From an uncultured Actinomycetes bacterium (lineage in GTDB: Bacteria > Actinomycetota > Actinomycetes > S36-B12 > CAIYMF01), in NCBI GenBank assembly GCA_963843975.1, contig CAWJMG010000003.1, forward strand, positions 1,410,001 through 1,442,000: a stretch of DNA of 32,000 nucleotides, given 5' to 3'. The first letter of the stretch is position 1. Every line of letters begins with the position of its first letter. A model generated the notes under the pieces. That model was not told the origin of the DNA. It was given only the letters and a program-made list of their open reading frames with translations, and ran no database searches. Shown piece after piece: positions 8,316 through 13,912 of this stretch. The position numbers and the translations under genes are program-made.

Positions 8316-8782
8316 TGGCGCCGCCCTACGCCGAGGTCGGCGATCTCGAGACACGGTTGGGTCGCGAGCTCCGCGACACCGAGCTTGATCGCGCAGGGAC
8401 GCTCCTCGAGACGGTCTCCGTCTACATCGACCTTCACCTCGAAACCTGCGTCGACACGATCGCCACCGACTACCCGCAGGTGCTCGTCGACGTCGTGTGC
8501 GGCGCAGTGCTGCGTGAGCTCGCTCGCGACCCCAGCCGTGACCCCACCGCCGTCAGCGTGCAGCTCGGCGACACCGCGGTGGCCTACCGCTATGACAAGC
8601 CTCGGGGCTCCGCATTGGGGCCGCTCACCGAGGACGAGGTCGCCACCCTGCGACGGGCGTGTGGGCAGCAGTCGACGCGAGGCGTCTCAAGCGTCCCACT
8701 GGCGTCGACGTTGCAAGCGATGCCTAACGTCGAGGACGACGAGACTGCTGGCTGGCGGCCGATGTACCCCAACCTCCCCTAA
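8315..8782 (+). CDS. Phage head-tail connector/adaptor-like protein (Gp19/Gp15/Gp42-type)
   Basis: The N-terminus (V)APPYAEVGDLETRLGRELRDTELDRAGTLLETVSVYIDLHL matches the characteristic opening of actinophage head-to-tail adaptor proteins (YATVEDLEARLGR-LTD-E--RA--LL-DAS). This is recognition-based only. Confidence 0.5.
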   Translation: MAPPYAEVGDLETRLGRELRDTELDRAGTLLETVSVYIDLHLETCVDTIATDYPQVLVDVVCGAVLRELARDPSRDPTAVSVQLGDTAVAYRYDKPRGSALGPLTEDEVATLRRACGQQSTRGVSSVPLASTLQAMPNVEDDETAGWRPMYPNLP

Positions 8783-8789
8783 CCACCGT

Positions 8790-8824
8790 GGCCCGGCGTG
8801 CACACGAGCGCGGCACGCCGGGCC
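8790..8824 (+). terminator. Stem-loop after the connector-like gene
   Basis: A perfect 12-bp stem, GGCCCGGCGTGC / GCACGCCGGGCC, encloses an 11-nt loop and begins 8 nt after the stop. There is no U-tract, which is common in high-GC actinobacteria. Confidence 0.5.
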
Positions 8825-9074
8825 GCGGTCCTGCCTTACTCCCTCGCAGGCTCGGGTTAACCTCGAAGCGGACAACGGATCCGGTGAGCTGGCCGACACG
8901 GCGAGCATCGGTGACGGGCTGGCAGCCGACAAGGTGCAGCACCCACGTGAGGCGCGGACACCGCGCGGCATGCCCACAGCGTCGGGGTGCCGCAGCGAGC
9001 CGGCAGCGCTCGTGACACACCACCGATTCTCCGGGTGTGCACGCGCGCGCCCGCATCCCACTTCAGGAGTACCC

Positions 9075-9881
9075 ATGTCCGTCACCCGTGACAGCTTCAA
9101 CGGGGAGCCGTTCCCCACCGCCGTCGTGCAGAAGATCCTCAACGACTCCCTCGAGGACACCCCTCTGCTCGGCAACATCACCGTCGAGCGCACCAACCGC
9201 GAGAGCAAGACCTTCCTCGCCGCCGACCCGTCCGGCTTCGACTGGCGAGCCGAGGGCGCCGAGCTCCCAACCGTCGCGCTCAACGACGACTCCGCCGTGT
9301 TCGCGCCCGCGAAGCTCGCCGGCCTCATCGAGATCACCAACGAGGCGATCGACGACAGCGAGTTCAGCATCACCGGCGCCATCACCAACGCGATCCGCGA
9401 CTCGATGCTCGTCAAGGCCGAGCGCGACACCCTCTACGCGCCCGCCGTCCCGAACGCCGCGGCACCCACGCCCGTCGTGCCCGGACTCGGCGCGGCCGTT
9501 TCCGGCGACTCGCTGCGGCTCGCTGCTATCGCCGCGTGCGGCGAGATCCTCGGCGCAGGTGGCAGGCCCGACCGCATCTTCATCTCCCCTGACCTGTGGG
9601 TGGCGGAGATGCAGGGCCGCGCGCTCGACGGTGGCAGCCTCGTCGACCCATTCACGGACCTCGGCCTGCGCACCGTCATCGTGCCCAACCTCGACGCCGA
9701 GGACGGCATCGTGGCGGACAGCAGCCGTGTCTACGCGGTGTGGCGCAAGGACGCGTCGATCGAGATGAGCGACACCCCTGCGTGGAGCCGCGACGCGTGG
9801 TCGTTCCGCGTGAAGGCCCGTCTGGTGCTCGCCATCCCGCAGGTCGCGAAGGCCGCACGGCTGCTCGCCGTCACCCCCTAG
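9075..9881 (+). CDS. HK97-family phage major capsid protein (short form, 268 aa)
   Basis: The ATG at 9075 follows the RBS AGGAG. The pattern ...VVQKILNDSLEDTPLLGNITVERTNRESKTFLAADPSGFDWRAEGAELPTVALNDDSAVFAPAKLAGLIEITNEAIDDSEFSITGAITNAIRDSMLVKAERDTLY...IFISPDLW...VIVPNL...VYAVWRKDASIEMS...RVKARL matches the Phage_capsid (HK97) sequence pattern. Confidence 0.8.
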   Translation: MSVTRDSFNGEPFPTAVVQKILNDSLEDTPLLGNITVERTNRESKTFLAADPSGFDWRAEGAELPTVALNDDSAVFAPAKLAGLIEITNEAIDDSEFSITGAITNAIRDSMLVKAERDTLYAPAVPNAAAPTPVVPGLGAAVSGDSLRLAAIAACGEILGAGGRPDRIFISPDLWVAEMQGRALDGGSLVDPFTDLGLRTVIVPNLDAEDGIVADSSRVYAVWRKDASIEMSDTPAWSRDAWSFRVKARLVLAIPQVAKAARLLAVTP

Positions 9882-10074
9882 CAAGGCAGCTCGGCTCGTG
9901 TCCTGGTCGTCACGAGGCGAGAGCTCGAGGCCGCACGGTCAGCGGCGCGACGAGAGCCCGCGGACGCTTCAGGGACGTCGCGGCGGGCAACCCATGACAA
10001 TGCTTGGTGCGAAGGATGACCGTCGGTACGGTCGGCGGGTGGCAACTCATGCGCAGTCGGATTCAGACTCGAAT

Positions 10075-10893
10075 ATGAACCGCGTCTCAGGGCTGACCGA
10101 CTGGTTGCGCAGTAACGCGCCGTGGCTTGCTGGCCTTGTCTGGGCGGCAGTGGTCGCCGTTCGAGTTGCCATTCTTGCCGACGGGGACTGGGGCAAGGCA
10201 CAGGCAATTGCTCAGGTTGCGGGGCTCGTTGGCCTCGCCCTGTCTACGGCAGTCGCTGTGCTCCCGTTGTTCCTGGCCATGGTGGCCTTTCTTTGCCTGC
10301 TCTGGTTCCGTCGCCGCCGCTTGCTGTCGATGCAGCTTTTGACTGCGGTGCTACTCGTTTCCCTCCTCGTCTTGGCCATGCCAGCGATACAAGCCGTGAT
10401 CTTGTCGCTAACGGCCTGTGGAGCGGGGCTCATGTGGTGGGCCGTCAAGCGGGAAGACAAAGCCGGGCCCGGAACGGAGTCGGAGTCAACGTCAGAGGAG
10501 GCTGACGAATCGGAGGCAATGGGATCGCCGGCACAGGACCCGCCGCTGTCCCCGGAGATCGCTGTGCTGAGCGACCCGGTTGGACGCCTGCTCTGGTACA
10601 CCCTGACGGCGACGTTTGTGGTGGTGACCTTCTCGTTCCTTGCTCCGTGGGGGGCCACAGAAAGAATCACGTTCACAGATGCCAAAGGGAAGCAGACCTT
10701 AGCCGTGGGCTACGTGATCCCGAGCAGCGACTTCTACCTCGTGGTCCCGAAGTCAGATGATCAAATGTTCTACGTGCGCACGGACAATATCGTTCAACGA
10801 GACCTCTGCAGCACAGCCAAGTCAGGTCGATCCTTGGAATTGTCAATCGTGGCCCTTGTGGATGGCCGGACGCCGCTGCCGACCTGCGATTGA
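10075..10893 (+). CDS. Multi-pass membrane protein of unknown function (about 6 TM helices, an acidic linker, and a ~70-aa C-terminal soluble domain)
   Basis: Part of ORF 9898..10893. MNRVSGLTDWLRSNAPWLAGLVWAAVVAV... is the most natural N-terminus; alternative ATGs lie at 9994 and 10000. GC is visibly lower and A/T third positions are more frequent than in the flanks. No family was recognised. Confidence 0.6.
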   Translation: MNRVSGLTDWLRSNAPWLAGLVWAAVVAVRVAILADGDWGKAQAIAQVAGLVGLALSTAVAVLPLFLAMVAFLCLLWFRRRRLLSMQLLTAVLLVSLLVLAMPAIQAVILSLTACGAGLMWWAVKREDKAGPGTESESTSEEADESEAMGSPAQDPPLSPEIAVLSDPVGRLLWYTLTATFVVVTFSFLAPWGATERITFTDAKGKQTLAVGYVIPSSDFYLVVPKSDDQMFYVRTDNIVQRDLCSTAKSGRSLELSIVALVDGRTPLPTCD

Positions 10894-10958
10894 GGCACGG
10901 GGGGGGGTCTCCCGAGCTTCCACCTGCTCCCCGCAACGGGGTCTCTGCACGTAGTTGG

Positions 10959-11729
10959 CTACGGGTTTTGACCTTTGGCGGCCGCGCTCGGCCCTTCGGC
11001 CAACTCGGCTGATGGTTTCAAGGCCGACACCTCTGCCATGAGCTGCTCAATCAACTCACGCTGCGCCCGCATCTCGGTCAGCAGCTCGTCCTCACCCTGC
11101 CGCGTTCGCTGTACGAACCATGCCGCTACCGCTGCGGTGATGACGCCGAGCATGGAGATACCGACCAGCATCAAGGCGAAGGCAACCACCCTTCCCACTG
11201 GCGTGACGGGAAAGACGTCGCCGTACCCAACGGTGGTGACCGTCGCACCTGCCCACCACAACGCATCACCGATCGTTGAAACGTGAGTGCCCGGGGCGTC
11301 TCGCTCGGTGTCGAGCATCGCCAGCGCAGCAACGAGCAGTAGAAGCGCGGTGGCGGCGACGGCAGCTGCGACGGTGCGCCCGATCGCGAAGCGACCTCCG
11401 CGCGAGATTACGTAGTTTGCGGCAGTGAACACGCGCAGAACGCGCAGCGGGCGCAGCATCGGCAGCGCCACCAGCAGGAAGTCGATGGGGTGCCGCATGA
11501 GGTACTGACCTGGGCTGCCAGAGAGATACGCGCGCAAACCCAAGTCACACACGAACACGACCCAGACGGCGAAACTGAGCAACTCGTCGCCCAATGCCAG
11601 ACCGGGCGGAAGCGAGGGCCAGACGATAGGCAGGGCGTACAGAACAAGGAATGCGCCGGCGAGGATCAACAAGGGGATCGTTGTTCGGTGCTCATAGCGA
11701 TCGAGACGTTCGCGAGCAGGCGACGACAT
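10959..11729 (-). CDS. Voltage-gated-type (6TM) potassium channel
   Basis: The selectivity filter reads TTVGYGD. An S4-like helix has Arg at every third residue (LRPLRVLRVFTAANYVISRGGR), and the C-terminus is a coiled coil. The start is taken at MSSPARERLDRYEH (ATG 11729, with RBS GTGGAG upstream) rather than the ORF-track start at 11828. Confidence 0.85.
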   Translation of the reverse strand: MSSPARERLDRYEHRTTIPLLILAGAFLVLYALPIVWPSLPPGLALGDELLSFAVWVVFVCDLGLRAYLSGSPGQYLMRHPIDFLLVALPMLRPLRVLRVFTAANYVISRGGRFAIGRTVAAAVAATALLLLVAALAMLDTERDAPGTHVSTIGDALWWAGATVTTVGYGDVFPVTPVGRVVAFALMLVGISMLGVITAAVAAWFVQRTRQGEDELLTEMRAQRELIEQLMAEVSALKPSAELAEGPSAAAKGQNP

Positions 11730-11872
11730 CTCCACATCCGGACCGTACCCAGCATCACCCAGGCGGGACCCGCGCCACGCTGGGTACGTGCTCCGGCAAC
11801 GGGCGCCCCATCTCGCTACGGTGGCCACATCATCGCCGCGAGAAGGCGGCTAACGGGGAACGGGGCACTTCC

Positions 11873-12754
11873 ATGAAACGTGGCTTGACGCTTGGTGTCG
11901 CAGCTCTGGCGACTTGCCTGAGTGCGATGACCATTGCCGGGCCGGCCGCGCAGGCCACGCCGACCCAGCCCACGGCCGCGATCGCGGTCACGCCGCGGGC
12001 ACTCTTGGCGAAGTTGACGGTCGCTGCCGAGGTGGGCTTCTCCTCTTACGCTCGGGAGAAGTTCCAGTACCCGACCGACGCCAACTCCGACTGCCAGAAC
12101 ACCCGCGCCGAGGTTCTCTTGCAGGAGACCCGAACGAAGGCTTCCTTCACCTCGTCGTCGCGCTGCACGGTGCAGTACGGAACCTGGCTCTCCTATTACG
12201 ACGGGCTCACGATCAAGAAGGCCTCGAGTCTTCAGATCGATCACTTGGTCCCGCTCTACGAGGCATGGACGTCCGGCGCTAGGAAGTGGAATGTCGCCAC
12301 GCGCAAGGCGTATGCCAACGATCTCTCCTACGGACCCACGCTCGTCGCTGTCTCCGCGTCGACGAACCTGTCCAAGGGTTCGAAGGACCCCGCGCAGTGG
12401 CTACCATCTCTGGCCGCCGCCCGTTGCAAGTACGCGATCCAGTGGATGCAGGTGAAGTACCGGTGGCGCTTGACTGTTGACTCGTCTGAGAAGTCGGCCC
12501 TTCTGTCCATCCTGTCCGGCGCTTGCGGCACCAAGGCCGTTGTGCTGCCAGCACGCGCCTCGGTGAGCTACACCACCACGACGTCGGGTTCAGGCGGTAG
12601 CACTGGGGGCGGTGGCAACAGCAGCGGCACCGACCCGCGTTACGGGACTTGCACGGAGGCCAAGAGCCACGGCCTAGGGCCCTACTACCGAGGCACCGAT
12701 CCCGAGTACTACTGGTACAACGACCGAGACAACGACGGCATCGTCTGTGAATGA
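11873..12754 (+). CDS. Secreted HNH/DUF1524-type nuclease with C-terminal Excalibur calcium-binding domain
   Basis: The signal peptide is MKRGLTLGVAALATCLSAMTIAGPAAQA. The DUF1524 core reads LQIDHLVPLYEAWTSGARKW...ANDL...NLSKGSKDPAQWLP...CKY, followed by a Gly/Ser linker. The Excalibur motif is DPRYGTCTEAKSHGLGPYYRGTDPEYYWYNDRDNDGIVCE. Confidence 0.8.
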   Translation: MKRGLTLGVAALATCLSAMTIAGPAAQATPTQPTAAIAVTPRALLAKLTVAAEVGFSSYAREKFQYPTDANSDCQNTRAEVLLQETRTKASFTSSSRCTVQYGTWLSYYDGLTIKKASSLQIDHLVPLYEAWTSGARKWNVATRKAYANDLSYGPTLVAVSASTNLSKGSKDPAQWLPSLAAARCKYAIQWMQVKYRWRLTVDSSEKSALLSILSGACGTKAVVLPARASVSYTTTTSGSGGSTGGGGNSSGTDPRYGTCTEAKSHGLGPYYRGTDPEYYWYNDRDNDGIVCE

Positions 12755-12900
12755 AATGGCTGCCCGGTTGTCGTCCGTGTAGGTGACGGCTTGTGCAGGC
12801 CGGGCGCCCTCGACCCGATGATTGAAGGGTCGTTGACGGGCGCGTGGCAACGGCAGGGGAACGTCGACCAGCAGACGACCGACGGGCTGACTGTCTGGAC

Positions 12901-12958
12901 GACACCTACGACGAGTCGGCCCCGGCGAATTCGCCGGGGCCGACTCGTCGTAGGTGTC
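12901..12958. terminator. 58-bp perfect palindrome (29-bp arms, no loop, centred on GAATTC); probable bidirectional terminator between the convergent nuclease and doc genes
   Basis: GACACCTACGACGAGTCGGCCCCGGCGAA | TTCGCCGGGGCCGACTCGTCGTAGGTGTC was verified base by base. It overlaps the doc stop codon by 2 nt. Confidence 0.6.
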
Positions 12959-13388
12959 ACTCGTGCTGAGATCCCTCAGCCAGTCGGACATCGACCTCTT
13001 GGTCCTCCGTCAGGCCCGGGACGGCCACGCACGCCGACTTCAGCACCTCGGCGAGTTGCGTGACGTCCAGTTCATGTCGAGCCACGCGCATCGCCACCTC
13101 GTAGACCTCGGAGTCCGACAGCAGAAGGGTGTGAGCATTCAGCGCGAAGAAGACTCGGGTCGCCGTGAACGCCGTGCGCTTGTTTCCCTCCAAAAAGGGC
13201 TGATGGCCGTCGATGCTCGTCCACAAGGCCGCAGCCTTGTCATACAGGGTTGGGTACGCGTCCTCACCACCTACGGTCTGCTGCGGCCTGGCGACCGCCG
13301 CTTCGAGACCTGAGGGGTCTCGAAGCGGCGCATCGTCCAGATCGTCGTGAATGCGGACCACGTCAGCGACGGTGAGGTAGTGCGTCAT
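12957..13388 (-). CDS. doc: Fic/Doc-family toxin (death-on-curing type)
   Basis: The start is MTHYLTVADVVRIHDD (ATG 13388). The Doc signature HQPFLEGNKRTAF (HxFx[D/E]GNKR) is present. The product is 143 aa and lies 19 nt downstream of a small RHH-like gene. Confidence 0.85.
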   Translation of the reverse strand: MTHYLTVADVVRIHDDLDDAPLRDPSGLEAAVARPQQTVGGEDAYPTLYDKAAALWTSIDGHQPFLEGNKRTAFTATRVFFALNAHTLLLSDSEVYEVAMRVARHELDVTQLAEVLKSACVAVPGLTEDQEVDVRLAEGSQHE

Positions 13389-13407
13389 CGTCTTGCTCCA
13401 GTTGGCT

Positions 13408-13644
13408 CTAGCCCCTGAGCTTGTCGAGGGCGACCACGTGGCGCTCCTGCGTCTCCGTGACCACAGCTCCGATGAGTTCCGCGCGGCCGGGACCATCAAG
13501 AAACTCGCGGAGCAGGTTCGTGATGGTCTCGTTCGCGCTACGGCGCGTGTGGAACGAGTACGTGCGGAGTGCCTCGTGCAGATCGGGATCAAGCCGAACG
13601 GTTACGGCTTGACGCTGGATGTCGTGCGTGTGGACTTCGTTCAT
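13408..13644 (-). CDS. Antitoxin (ribbon-helix-helix / Phd-like) partnered with Doc
   Basis: The ATG at 13644 is preceded by the RBS GGAGGA. The 78-aa product reads MNEVHTHDIQRQAVTVRLDPDLHEALRTYSFHTRRSANETITNLLREFL..., a typical RHH beta-strand followed by helices. It sits directly upstream of doc. Confidence 0.7.
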   Translation of the reverse strand: MNEVHTHDIQRQAVTVRLDPDLHEALRTYSFHTRRSANETITNLLREFLDGPGRAELIGAVVTETQERHVVALDKLRG

Positions 13645-13671
13645 TGCCGTCCTCCGGTGGTCGAGGGGAGG

Positions 13672-13722
13672 ACGACGCAGCGGGGAAGACTGCTGTGTCA
13701 CTGGAATCGTTGGCTGCGTCGT
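13672..13722. promoter_or_regulatory. Inverted repeat ACGACGCAGC / GCTGCGTCGT upstream of the antitoxin gene (possible TA operator)
   Basis: The 10-bp arms lie at 13672-13681 and 13713-13722, 28-78 nt upstream of the antitoxin start codon on the minus strand. Confidence 0.3.
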
Positions 13723-13775
13723 TTGTGAGAGGTTTGGGATACCAAGCGAGGATGCTTTTTGGCGACGAGTTGCTG

Positions 13776-13827
13776 GCTAGGTTTCTGATTGCTCGCGGTT
13801 TGCTAGGTCTCTGAAGTTCTCGCGGTT
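13776..13827. repeat. Tandem imperfect ~25-bp direct repeat in the AT-richer right arm of the element
   Basis: GCTAGGTTTCTGATTGCTCGCGGTT (13776-13800) is followed, after one intervening base (13801), by GCTAGGTCTCTGAAGTTCTCGCGGTT (13802-13827). Confidence 0.5.
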
Positions 13828-13912
13828 GTTGGAGTTGGCCACCTCCGTGACGCCATGATGGCATGCTATCAAGATCATTACAACCCAATCTCGAAGTTCT
13901 CCCCTGCCCCTC

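Noticed and set aside
9898-10074. Longest-ORF start (9898) for the membrane protein
   Set aside because: The first 59 codons are Arg/Gly-rich and GC-rich, unlike the rest of the gene. The region also contains a hairpin (about 9957-9985) that fits a terminator after the capsid gene. A start at 10075 (or 9994) is preferred but not proven.
10899-10907. G9 homopolymer as a phase-variation switch
   Set aside because: It lies just after the stop codon of the membrane-protein gene, in the 65-nt convergent intergenic region, so a length change would not alter any reading frame. It may simply be part of a terminator structure or an error-prone site.
12709-13063. Two ORFs on opposite strands (12709-12960 minus, 12791-13063 plus) sharing the peptide TPTTSRPRRIRRGRLVVGV
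   Set aside because: The shared peptide is a trivial consequence of the 58-bp perfect palindrome, and there is no coding signal otherwise.
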